The position numbers and the translations under genes were made by a program. From Nitrosopumilus sp. (GTDB taxonomy: Archaea > Thermoproteota > Nitrososphaeria > Nitrososphaerales > Nitrosopumilaceae), in NCBI GenBank assembly GCA_965205425.1, contig CBDBGZ010000004.1:160001-224000 (forward strand): a stretch of DNA of 64,000 bases, written 5' to 3'. The notes beneath the pieces were generated by a model, which was given only the letters and a program-made list of their open reading frames with translations, was not told the DNA's origin and searched no databases. Shown piece by piece: positions 1-9,489 of the stretch (positions within the stretch are counted from its first letter, which is position 1; each line of letters opens with the position of its first letter).

Positions 1-118
1 CAGCCATCATCCATTTCATCAATTAAAATTTTCATGTATTACGATGACATAATTTCAATATTAGTGTAAATAAACAGCGAATGATCAAGTACTTATTTTC
101 AATAATTTATGAAAAATC

Positions 119-352
119 ATGGATGTAAAAGAGGAAGATACATCAGAAGAATCTAAGAAAAACCACATATCATATTATAAATCACTAACCAAGGTCATCA
201 CGGAAATTCAAGAAGAAAAAAAACAAGAAGGTGAACCAGCAATCATAAGTCATTTGGATAATAGAATCGATGCAATGGAGAAAGACAAAAAAAGAATAAG
301 AGACATGTTTCCAGATATCAAAGAAGAGGAGTGGGATGGCAACACCAACTGA
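119..352 (+). CDS. small hypothetical protein
   Basis: 77-aa ORF overlapping the next ORF; host-like composition. Confidence 0.6.
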   Translation: MDVKEEDTSEESKKNHISYYKSLTKVITEIQEEKKQEGEPAIISHLDNRIDAMEKDKKRIRDMFPDIKEEEWDGNTN

Positions 353-542
353 AAAAAATCACAATAAACATCTAGATTTACTCCATGACTACAAAATTCA
401 CCTAGTAAAGTACATAGAAATTTTAGAGAAAATGGATAAACAATCAGAATTTGCAAAAGAATGGAATCAATCCACAATTAAAGAAAGAAAACAAGAAATT
501 CAGGTAATAGATAAAATTTTAAAAAATTTAATACGATTTTAA
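336..542 (+). CDS. small hypothetical protein
   Basis: 68-aa ORF coupled to the upstream ORF and converging exactly on the next gene. Confidence 0.6.
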   Translation: MATPTEKNHNKHLDLLHDYKIHLVKYIEILEKMDKQSEFAKEWNQSTIKERKQEIQVIDKILKNLIRF

Positions 543-890
543 TTAGGATTTTTGTGTTAAATCATAAAGAGTTATACAAAAACCATCTACATGTTCAGAA
601 GAAACACCATCAAACCATGCAAGTTCTTTATCTATGCTAAATCCTTGAAAATCATATTTAGAATTTGATTTAACATAATCAATTTCAGATTGAATTAATT
701 TTTGAATTGCTTCTTTGTCATTTTTATTTAATTCATAGTTACAGGTCATCATATCAATCTGAATGAAATAGTTGTCATGAACAGGATTGGTTTTGGCCTT
801 GATAAATGGCCTATTTTGTTGTTGACATTCACGATAATGTTTGTCATATTCAAACATCTTTGAATCCCCAAGATATTTGTGAAATACCAT
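543..890 (-). CDS. hypothetical protein
   Basis: 115-aa ORF. Confidence 0.65.
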   Translation of the reverse strand: MVFHKYLGDSKMFEYDKHYRECQQQNRPFIKAKTNPVHDNYFIQIDMMTCNYELNKNDKEAIQKLIQSEIDYVKSNSKYDFQGFSIDKELAWFDGVSSEHVDGFCITLYDLTQKS

Positions 891-920
891 AATTTGGAAG
901 AAAGAAGTAAGTAAATAACC

Positions 921-1298
921 CTAAAGGTCAGCAGTAATTTTTTTGATTTTTGTAATTAATCTGATTTTAGTATTAATTGGCATTTCAGGCTCCATTGTAA
1001 AATATACAATATTTCTCTTGGTGTAAATTACCATTTGAGAAACTTTTTCTCTTTCAACATGGACATATCTTACTTTACCAAGAGATCTGTCAAATTCTTT
1101 TCTCATAGAACGTCTTTGTGCAACTTGTTTACAGAAATGTTCTTCTTCTTTTTGAGATTTTAAATTGGTTTTTCCTGTTTTCATAATGGCTTCTCGAATC
1201 TTCCCTTTTGGATCAATAACTGCTGCAAATCTCATTTTATTATCTAACTTGAGAATTTTTTGAACAACATCAAGTAAATCAACTTTTTTCTTTGCCAT
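921..1298 (-). CDS. thaumarchaeal roadblock-like (DUF6659-type) protein
   Basis: MRFAAVIDPKG and EFDRSLGKVRYVHVEREKV motifs typical of this expanded thaumarchaeal family. Confidence 0.7.
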   Translation of the reverse strand: MAKKKVDLLDVVQKILKLDNKMRFAAVIDPKGKIREAIMKTGKTNLKSQKEEEHFCKQVAQRRSMRKEFDRSLGKVRYVHVEREKVSQMVIYTKRNIVYFTMEPEMPINTKIRLITKIKKITADL

Positions 1299-1400
1299 TC
1301 TAAATTAAAAAAACAATATGCTAAATAAAAACCATCAAGTGTTTTAAAAATACAAATTTCTCAAGACAGGATTAAATTTCATTATTTATACAGAAAATAG

Positions 1401-2018
1401 ATGAAAGAGGAGATTTCAAAAGTGCTAAAAGAATTAGAAACTCAATCTAGTCTTGAAAAAGCAAGAAAAGTTGAAGTTGCCCCACAAGACAGAATGCTTG
1501 CAATTACTAAAGAAACAGGGGAATTCTTAAACATGATTTTGCGCCTAAAAAATGCCAAAAATATGCTTGAAGTTGGAACATCTACAGGATATTCAACAAT
1601 TTGGTGTGCAGAAGCCATTACTGAAAAATCAGGCAAAATCATTACAATTGAAAAAAATCCAAGCAAGATCAAAAGAGCTAATGTAAATTTTCAAAAATCT
1701 GGACTTTTAGAATCAATTATGATTAAAGAGGGGGAGGCAATCAAGATACTAGAAGAACTTAACACACACGAAAAAAATAAGAATTTTTTTGATCTAGTTT
1801 TAATTGATGCAGATAAAGAAAACATAATTGAATATTTTGACTTGATTCTACCCATGGTATCTTTAGGAGGGCTAATAATTACAGACAATATGATCTATCC
1901 TGAAAAATACAGACAGGAAATGAAGAAATTTTCAAACTATGTAAAAACAAATCCAAATTTAAGAACAATTACATCAACCATTGGGAACGGGGAGGAAATT
2001 ACAATTAAAATAAAATAG
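1401..2018 (+). CDS. O-methyltransferase (family 3)
   Basis: LEVGTSTGYST SAM motif, FDLVLIDADK, GGLIITDN. Confidence 0.9.
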   Translation: MKEEISKVLKELETQSSLEKARKVEVAPQDRMLAITKETGEFLNMILRLKNAKNMLEVGTSTGYSTIWCAEAITEKSGKIITIEKNPSKIKRANVNFQKSGLLESIMIKEGEAIKILEELNTHEKNKNFFDLVLIDADKENIIEYFDLILPMVSLGGLIITDNMIYPEKYRQEMKKFSNYVKTNPNLRTITSTIGNGEEITIKIK

Positions 2019-2021
2019 TTA

Positions 2022-2930
2022 GGTGATTGTAAACCTATTGCCCCCAAACTAATTTTATGTAATTATTGGAAAAAACTATCAATATCATTGAGCTATCCAA
2101 AATAGTTTCAGATAAATCAACATCATTAAAATTTCTGTGTAAAAGATTCAACAGTACAAGTTCTGTATGTTGTCCCAAGTGTGATTCTCCAAAATATTAT
2201 CTGATGAGCAGAGGGAATTTGAGATGCAGTAAATGTAAGACAAACTACAAACCATTCTCAGATACACAGTTTGGCATCATCAATATTGATTATCCAAAAT
2301 GGTTGGTTCTAATCAAACTATTTGATCTTGGGATTAGTGCAAGACGTGCAGCAAAAGAAGTTGGTGTTAGTTATCCTACCGCACTGCATTCTTTTGACAT
2401 CATGAGATTCTCAATACTTGAAGAACAATCCAAAACAGATGATGTTCTAAAGGGTCAGATTGAGGCTGACGAGGTACTATTTTGGAGGAAAAAGAAAGGG
2501 AAATCGTGGCAGAGGATCTAAAAACAAAACTATTGTATTTAGAATTTTAGAGAGAAATGGAAAAGTTCATGTTGAGATTGTAAAGAACGTAAAGGCCAAG
2601 ACACTTCTTACAAGTACTATCAAGAAAGTAAAGAAAGGAAGCATTGTGTATACGGACAAGTGGAGAGGATACAATTCGCTAGTTTTCAATGGCTACAAGC
2701 ATCTCTCAATAGACCACAGCAAGATGTTTGGCAAAGATGATGTGTACATAAATGGAATCGAAGGGTTTTGGAGTTTTGCAAAAGAGAACATGGCAAAGCA
2801 TCATGGTGTCAGTCCAGGTAAATTCTTGTTGTACATCAAAGAGATGGAATGGAGATACAACAACAGAGATGGAAGATACTTTCTCATTATTGCTTGATTA
2901 TATGTTGGTGGTGAATAATTGATAATCACC
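2022..2930 (+). mobile_element. IS1595-family IS, frameshifted transposase (2066-2521 and 2460-2897)
   Basis: Ends ggtgattgt...ataatcacc; Zn ribbon, EADExYFGGK, TDKW, INGIEGFWS motifs; intact paralog at 54041-54946; no TSD seen. Confidence 0.9.
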
Positions 2931-2946
2931 TTAATTTAATTAATCA

Positions 2947-3705
2947 ATGACAACAAAACTAGCAATTTCATCTATCTTTGCAATTCTGTTTGTTGGGATT
3001 ATAATTCCTATCTTTGCAGACCAAATGAATAACCCTGATGATGATGTAGCCCCGGCACCTCCAAGTATTGGAGCTGACATTCCCTTAACCTACTTTGGTC
3101 CAGCACCAAGTGATGTACAAAAGGAATTGATTGGTCCATACCAGTTACTAAAATCTGGTCAGATTGATCTTGATGAGGCAACAATCACTTTACCATTGTA
3201 TAAGGGTCTGGTTCGTGATGGCTTTGATAAATACAAAACTGTCTGGTATATCTTAACTGATACAACTGACAAAGGAAATGCAGAAGCTTTAGGGTTGAAT
3301 CATTCACCCAAGCTAAAGTATTCTGAAATATCACAATCAATAAGATATGCAAAAATAAATGAAAACGCAGAACTTGTGTTTACTAGAGGCATGGTTGATT
3401 TCTCACCTGAACGAATCGTATCTCCTGGTATTGATTCACCATTCCCTCCAGAAATCTTTCAGCCAGGATCTGTAGGTGATGAGCATTATTCACCGTTGGT
3501 ACTGGTAACTAACGCAGGACGGGAAATATACAATGCACCAATGATCGCAGCAGGTGATGGATTCTCATACTGTGATGGAACGCCTGATTATTCAAAAGTA
3601 CATGATAAGGTAGTGGCGTTTTGTCCTGAAGAGGGAACAGTTACCATAAAACTAACACCTGGGTTTAGCTTTGCAAGACCCGTGCTGTATATCAGCACTG
3701 AGAGC
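2947..3705 (+). pseudogene. N-terminal part of a secreted protein interrupted by an IS (C-terminal part at 9062-9489, minus strand)
   Basis: Signal-peptide-like start; frame ...YISTES continues as NHPLDATLEG... at 9484 on the minus strand, sharing 5-bp AGAGC. Confidence 0.85.
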
Positions 3706-5024
3706 CAGTAGATAGGAAAGTGCTCAATTCGGATCAAAAAATAACGATCATTTTCTCAAATTATTCAGATAGAAAAAGCTTGATGAAAGTATGTCACTCC
3801 ATCAAATATGCATTGTACTTCATTTGATACCATGACACACCAAGGCGTGATACTATCTAAAGCATTTGAGATTATCACTAAAATAATGTACAATATCTTA
3901 TTGTTTCCATGCTCTAGTAAAAATAACTCACGGTTCCACAATGCAGACGCACATAATTCTATCATGTCATTGTGTTTGGGAAATTCATATTCTGAATCTG
4001 GATTAAAGAGACTGGCAATGGAATCAGATAATGCTTCTCCAACTGGTTTCATGGTTGAGAAAAATCATATCAAAAATATCACAAAAAACAATGCAAATTC
4101 AATTACATCGTTCACTGGATAGTACCATATCAAAATTACAAGAATTGGGAGTATTGGAACAACCAGTTACTGTAGCAATTGACAAACATCTAATCCCAAG
4201 ATATGACAAATTGCCAAACCATTCTTTAATAAAATCAAAATCTAAAAACAGTACTACTCATTTTGAGAGTTACTGCACCATGCAGTGCGTTGAAAAAAGA
4301 ATCAGGGCTCAATTAGGTTGTTATCCTTTGTATGACAACATATCAAATGCCGATTTTGTGCGTAAATTACTCTCTGATGGCATCAATAATGGAATCAAGA
4401 TTAAACTATTGCTAGTGGATAGGGAGTTTTTCACAGCTGGAACAATTTCAGAAATAAAACAAAGGAATTTAAAATTTCTAATGCCTGCAAAAAAGAATTC
4501 TCGAATCAAAGATGCAATTGTACAATACGTTAATGGAGATAGAAAGTCAATCTCGCCATACACAATAAAATCATCATCAGGACATGTAGAATCATTTAAT
4601 CTAGTTATTCTGCCAAACAAAAATGCAAGAAAAAAATCAGATATTATTGATCAGTATGTTGTGTTTGCAACAAACGTTTCACCAAAAGAAATATCATATA
4701 ACATACAAAACATTCCAACTGATTACAAGAAACGTTGGGGAATTGAAACAGGCTATGCATGTGTGGGAAGGTTCAGACCAAAAACCACCAGTTCAAACCA
4801 ATCCATAAGATTGTTGTATTTTTACTATTCATTGATTTTGTACAATGCATGGATAATTGCTAATTTGATTATCTCAGAAGAAACTAATGTAAAAAATTAC
4901 AAACCAATAATATCAATTGAAATTCTCAAATATTTCTTTGTAAAGATAATTATTCATTACTTTAGAAATAACAAAAATAATTATTTTCTAGAATGTGTAA
5001 TTTGATGTACTTTCCCATCTACTG
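3706..5024 (+). mobile_element. ISH3-like (IS4 superfamily) IS, copy 1; transposase split 3808-4122 / 4031-5005
   Basis: IRs cagtagataggaaagt / actttcccatctactg; AIDKH, LLVDREFF, YKKRWGIETGY motifs. Confidence 0.9.
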
Positions 5025-5229
5025 AATTAAAGATCGATCTTAAGATCGAAACATAATTTCTTATTGTTGTAAATTCAGATGTAAAATAGTGATTAGATCA
5101 CCAAAATGCACCAGCAGGGTCTAAAGTATAATTTCTATGGAAAATTATTCGTGTCCAAACCATACAATTTAAAAAAATGCAATTTGAAGAAGATCCATAT
5201 TTCATGATGTGTGTGCTAGATCACTAGAA

Positions 5230-5750
5230 TGCACCAGAACCGCAGTAGATGTGAAATCTAAACAGATCACAGGGATTGATATTACAGATGACAAGTCACA
5301 TGATTCAAAACATTTCATATCGCTAGTTGAGCAATCAAAACAGTTTGGCAATGTCACTAAAACTTTGGCTGATGGTGCATATGATACAAAGGATAATTTT
5401 TCATATCTGTATTATGATAATGATATTCTACCTGCAATTAAAACAAGAAAAAACTCATCAGTTGTAACTGATTGTTATCCTCGGAGAAAGTCCGTTTTGG
5501 CACAATTGTATAACTTGGATCTATGGAAGCTCAGCGTAAGCTATGGGGATAGATGGATTGTAGAGGGAGTATTCTCTGTATTCAAAAGAATATTTGGAGA
5601 GCATGTGACATCGCACAAGAGAGAAAACATGATTCATGAATTGAAAATGAAAGTTTGTCTGTACAATAAAATGATTGCAATGCAATAGAATCAGAAATGA
5701 TTTCAAAGCATCAAAGAGTGTTGATGGTTATTTGGGGTTGGGAAACAAAG
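5230..5750 (+). pseudogene. IS5-family (IS903-like) transposase, C-terminal remnant
   Basis: AVD..HDSK, LADGAYDT, YGDRWIVEGVFS motifs; N-terminus missing. Confidence 0.8.
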
Positions 5751-5763
5751 TAATTATTTTGAT

Positions 5764-5812
5764 AATAGAAAAAAGAGATTAGCGCGTTGGCCTAACCTAC
5801 CTAAGAACTAAC
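5764..5812 (-). ncRNA. putative small antisense RNA complementary to the anticodon arm of the tRNA-like gene at 5846-5916
   Basis: 5795-5810 is identical to 5870-5885; on the minus strand it is followed by a GGTTAG/CTAATC hairpin and a CTCTTTTTT tract; transcription is inferred. Confidence 0.5.
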
Positions 5813-5845
5813 ATTATTAGTTTAGTGTTTTTTAATATACTTTGT

Positions 5846-5916
5846 GGGCCTGTAGCGTGACGGTCACGTACCTACCTAAGAACTAGGAGATTTGGGTTCA
5901 ACTCCCAACAGATCCA
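5846..5916 (+). tRNA. atypical tRNA-like gene, anticodon AAG, Ala-type acceptor stem
   Basis: GGGCCTG/CAGATCC+A (G3:U70, C4xA69 mismatch); D arm GCGT-GACGGTC-ACGT; anticodon arm CCTAC-CTAAGAA-CTAGG; T arm TTGGG-TTCAACT-CCCAA. Confidence 0.75.
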
Positions 5917-5974
5917 CGACTTTTAATTATGATTTATGTCAGGTAATTACTTTCCCAAGTACTGATGTTATTAG

Positions 5975-6022
5975 AATAGAAAAAGAGATTAGCGCGCTGG
6001 CCTAACCTACGTGAAACCTAAC
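5975..6022 (-). ncRNA. putative small antisense RNA complementary to the anticodon arm of the tRNA-like gene at 6055-6125
   Basis: 6005-6020 is identical to 6079-6094; same hairpin and T-tract as in unit 1. Confidence 0.5.
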
Positions 6023-6054
6023 GTTATTAGTTCAGATTTTATAATAAACTTTGT

Positions 6055-6125
6055 GGGCCTGTAGCGTGACGGTCACGCACCTACGTGAAACCTAGGAGAT
6101 TTGGGTTCAACTCCCAACAGGTCCA
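6055..6125 (+). tRNA. atypical tRNA-like gene, anticodon GAA, Ala-type acceptor stem
   Basis: GGGCCTG/CAGGTCC+A with G3:U70; D arm GCGT-GACGGTC-ACGC; CCTAC-GTGAAAC-CTAGG; canonical T arm. Confidence 0.8.
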
Positions 6126-6133
6126 CACTATAA

Positions 6134-6301
6134 TTAAGGTAAAAATGGTTTATGTTTTGCAGGAAATGCATCTCGTTTTTCTAGAAATACTCGTTCTTTT
6201 TGTGAATACCTACATCTCACATTATTGGTTGGAATTAGACGTGAACCCATACGAATCATGATGAATTGTTTTTGTGGGTTTGAAGCTGTGAGTTTTACCA
6301 T
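6134..6301 (-). CDS. 55-aa ORF (MVKLTASNPQKQFIMIRMGSRL...) behind an IS66-type left end
   Basis: Read manually (ATG 6301, TAA 6134); sits where the IS66 transposase start would be. Confidence 0.35.
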   Translation of the reverse strand: MVKLTASNPQKQFIMIRMGSRLIPTNNVRCRYSQKERVFLEKRDAFPAKHKPFLP

Positions 6302-6428
6302 TATTGTTGCAAAATTCTTCTCTGATCTAACTATTCGATATATCTAGGCACGACCTAAACACACACAGAGTCTCCATTATTGCTTGAAAATTCTTCTCTG
6401 ATCTAAATTATTCGGTTTAATCTAGGCG
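6299..6428 (-). mobile_element. two nested IS66-type left-end remnants
   Basis: IR gtgtgtgtttaggtc at 6352-6366; 6375-6428 nearly identical to the IS66 leader at ~48458-48512. Confidence 0.75.
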
Positions 6429-6612
6429 TTATCTTTTGTTCTGATTATCCATGATACTTTGACTGGATCTAGTTTCCGCATATCCTATGATTCTTACCTC
6501 TGTTCCATACGTATCGTGATTTTAGTCTAGAAATGGAGATGAAAACATAAATGAATCAGACTGTATGTAAAATTATGCAAAAAGTGGTACTAAAAACAAG
6601 GGTCCATTCCAG

Positions 6613-8109
6613 ATGATATCTGACAAGACAGTAATTTTTTGTGTCTTGATAATATCAATAGCAGTTGGTCTACAGCCTTTTGAGGATTTTTTTGACCAGT
6701 TAGCAGAAAATATTTTTTATAATTCTACAACTGATATTGGTTTGGAGTTTATTGCAAAACAAGACAATTTACGCAGTGAATTATTTGATAACATAAATAA
6801 TAATGATTATTTTTATGAAAAAATAAAACATACAGATGTATACAAAGCATTTATTGAGAAATACCCTCATTCAACTTTAACACTAAAGCATGCTGATAAT
6901 GATCTTTTAGAATTTGTTTTATACCATGTATACTCTAATGAACCACTTTCAGTTATTATGATAACCTTTGAGGTATCATTAGAGGAAGGTTTCATAAATA
7001 CTAGCTATGACTGCATCGGTGATAACAGTGCTAATATTTACTATAAAATGCCTACATTGTTTTGGATAAACTCTGATCGTTGTCTTCATACTATGAATAA
7101 TAAAATTACTTCATACCATAATGATATGCCAATATTTAATGATCATCATACAATGTTTTTCATCAATGATACTTTTGATGGTGATCTTGAGGGGTGGAAA
7201 TTTTGGTCAGGATTCCCAAAATATACCTTGGAAATAGATTCAAAAGCGGTACACCTTAGTGGAGATAATTTTGTAACCCATATAGGTTTGGAAAAAAATG
7301 TGAATGTATCTAACCTAACTAACAAAGAATTAATCTTATCATTTGATTATAGAGTAAAATCAGATACTTCAGATAGTACAGTCACCAATTCGAAACTCAT
7401 AATTTATGATTCAGATTACAATGAATTATTTAAAGAAAGTCTTGTATCAGGAGGAATAAAGGATACTGGTTGGCAAACATACCAAAAAAATATTTCAAAA
7501 TTCATCACAGGAGAAACACAAATCAAAATTGTTCTAAGTTTACAGGATAATTGGATATATAATCATAATCAACATGCTTGGTTCGATAATATTTACCTTA
7601 TACAAGATAATTCAAAAGAGATAATTTTTGATACGTTTGATGGTGATCTTGAGGGATGGTCTCTATGGACTGGTAAAATAGGTTATGAATTAATCCATGA
7701 TTCTCAAGCTGCAATGATTAGTGGAAATAGAGTATCATCTGTTAATGGCATACAAAAAACTGTAGATATCTCAGAATTAAAGAATAATTCTCTTACGTTA
7801 TCTTTTGATTATAGAGCAACTTCAAATTCTGCTAAAATTGATGTAACAAATGTTCTAGTTTCTATCTACGATGCAGAATCATACAAGCTGCTTTTTGAAC
7901 ATTATTTTATAAGTGGGGGAACAAAGGATACTGGTTGGCAAAAATATGAAAGAAATATTTATGAACATGTTAGGAACTCAGATAAAATTATTATCGCCTT
8001 ATCTAGTATAGATAATTCATCTGAAGATTCTAAACATAAGAACTGGTATGATAATATACAATTATCAGATAAAATTAGCATGGATCTAGATACTATCACA
8101 TATGAGTGA
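6613..8109 (+). CDS. secreted/membrane-anchored protein with two tandem carbohydrate-binding-like beta-sandwich repeats
   Basis: N-terminal hydrophobic segment; duplicated DTFDGDLEGW...LSFDYR...SGGxKDTGWQ...W(F/Y)DNI. Confidence 0.7.
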   Translation: MISDKTVIFCVLIISIAVGLQPFEDFFDQLAENIFYNSTTDIGLEFIAKQDNLRSELFDNINNNDYFYEKIKHTDVYKAFIEKYPHSTLTLKHADNDLLEFVLYHVYSNEPLSVIMITFEVSLEEGFINTSYDCIGDNSANIYYKMPTLFWINSDRCLHTMNNKITSYHNDMPIFNDHHTMFFINDTFDGDLEGWKFWSGFPKYTLEIDSKAVHLSGDNFVTHIGLEKNVNVSNLTNKELILSFDYRVKSDTSDSTVTNSKLIIYDSDYNELFKESLVSGGIKDTGWQTYQKNISKFITGETQIKIVLSLQDNWIYNHNQHAWFDNIYLIQDNSKEIIFDTFDGDLEGWSLWTGKIGYELIHDSQAAMISGNRVSSVNGIQKTVDISELKNNSLTLSFDYRATSNSAKIDVTNVLVSIYDAESYKLLFEHYFISGGTKDTGWQKYERNIYEHVRNSDKIIIALSSIDNSSEDSKHKNWYDNIQLSDKISMDLDTITYE

Positions 8110-8175
8110 AATCTTGATGATTTCTAGAAAGTCCAATCCACGTAATACTTGTAAAATCTAAATTATGCTTGCAAC

Positions 8176-8645
8176 TTATCCTAAAACACTCCAATACATC
8201 AAAATTGATGCAAGGTAAACAAATCCCAGACAAGTCTCATAGTTCTTCTCATATCTGATTGCAGTCCTATGAAATCCACACTTGAGCCATGCAAAGAATC
8301 TTTCAACAACAAATCTTGTTTTGTTGTAATTGTTTTTTAGATTTTTTGCTATGATGTATTTGAAATTACTCCTGTATGGAATATAACAATCCATTCTATG
8401 ACATCTGAGATAATATCTAATGTATTTTGCATCATACCCTTTGTCTGTATATGCTGACACTATTTCTTGTATGGAACCATCATCCAAATATTCTGAGATA
8501 TTTTCTAACACATCAATGAATTTAGTATTATCGTGTTGATTTGCAGAACTGGTTCTAATTGAGATTGGCAGTCCATTTGATTCTACAGCAACATGTATTT
8601 TTGTGCCTAAAATCTTCTTGAATCCATCACATCCTATTTCATCTC
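8176..8645 (-). pseudogene. IS5-family transposase, C-terminal part
   Basis: GTKIHVAVES, TDKGYD, RFVVERFFAWL, RYEK motifs. Confidence 0.8.
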
Positions 8646-8673
8646 TCTCCCCTCCCCCCAGCCTGTTCAGCTC

Positions 8674-8815
8674 TCATTTGTTGAATTGGCTGGTTTTGCA
8701 GAATCTTTGCAAAATTTCTGCAGGTCCTGAATCAATTAACATCACATTAAGGGATGTCTCAGGTGTCTGTACTAGATGGCCAAAACACCATACCTTTGCA
8801 ATGACTGCCGTATGA
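8674..8815 (-). pseudogene. thermonuclease (SNase-like) fragment
   Basis: VIAKVWCFGHLVQTPETSLNVMLI matches the 20690-21009 protein. Confidence 0.7.
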
Positions 8816-9061
8816 ACCGCCTGTCCGTCCGTCATCTGTATCGTACATTGCAGTACTTCCAACAGGCATTGTTTTTGTATGCTAAGTTTGCACGCAACAG
8901 CCAAGTGTCGTATAATTTGAGATGATGATTATAATATACGAAAATTTAATTCGGGCATTTCCATCTGTTTATGGTTATTCTCTGTTCCAACTGACGGTGC
9001 ATTGCCAAAAATATTGTCTTGATTTTTTTGGAGATATTTTGCTAAAAAAAGAAAAGAGTGT

Positions 9062-9489
9062 TTATAAAAATCTAAACACAATTGGACAGTTAACTATTAT
9101 ACCTGTACTGCCAAACTCTCCACCATCAGGACCTGTAATCCATCCTTGCTCTACAAGGCCTAATATTTGGAATTCCTCAGTAACCCTAGAGTCATAGTGT
9201 TTTTCTAGTGCCTCATCCGTCCAAAATCCTAGATTAACATCCCAAAGCGGTGAGTAATCAGTAGCTATAGTTGGTATTCCACCTAACACGTTTAGTGGAG
9301 ATCTATGATCAACAATTGCTGAATTTAATCCCTGTCTTTGTGGATTTTTATCACCTGTTGGACCATTAGCCATTACAAAGATTCTCTCAACTGCCGAGAA
9401 TGCGGAATCATCACCACCTATTGGGATTTTTCCTAGAGACGGTGTTAGTGTTGCACCTTCAAGTGTTGCATCTAATGGATGATTGCTCT
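9062..9489 (-). pseudogene. displaced C-terminal part of the gene starting at 2947
   Basis: Open from the IS end at 9489: ESNHPLDATLEGATLTPSLGKIPIGGDDSAFSAVERIFVMANGP...NCPIVFRFL. Confidence 0.85.

Noticed and set aside
5764..6125. CRISPR mini-array or attL/attR reading of the repeats
   Set aside because: Units are ~160 bp, fold as tRNAs and have no spacers or cas genes; each 16-mer matches only its own adjacent tRNA, with no element in between.
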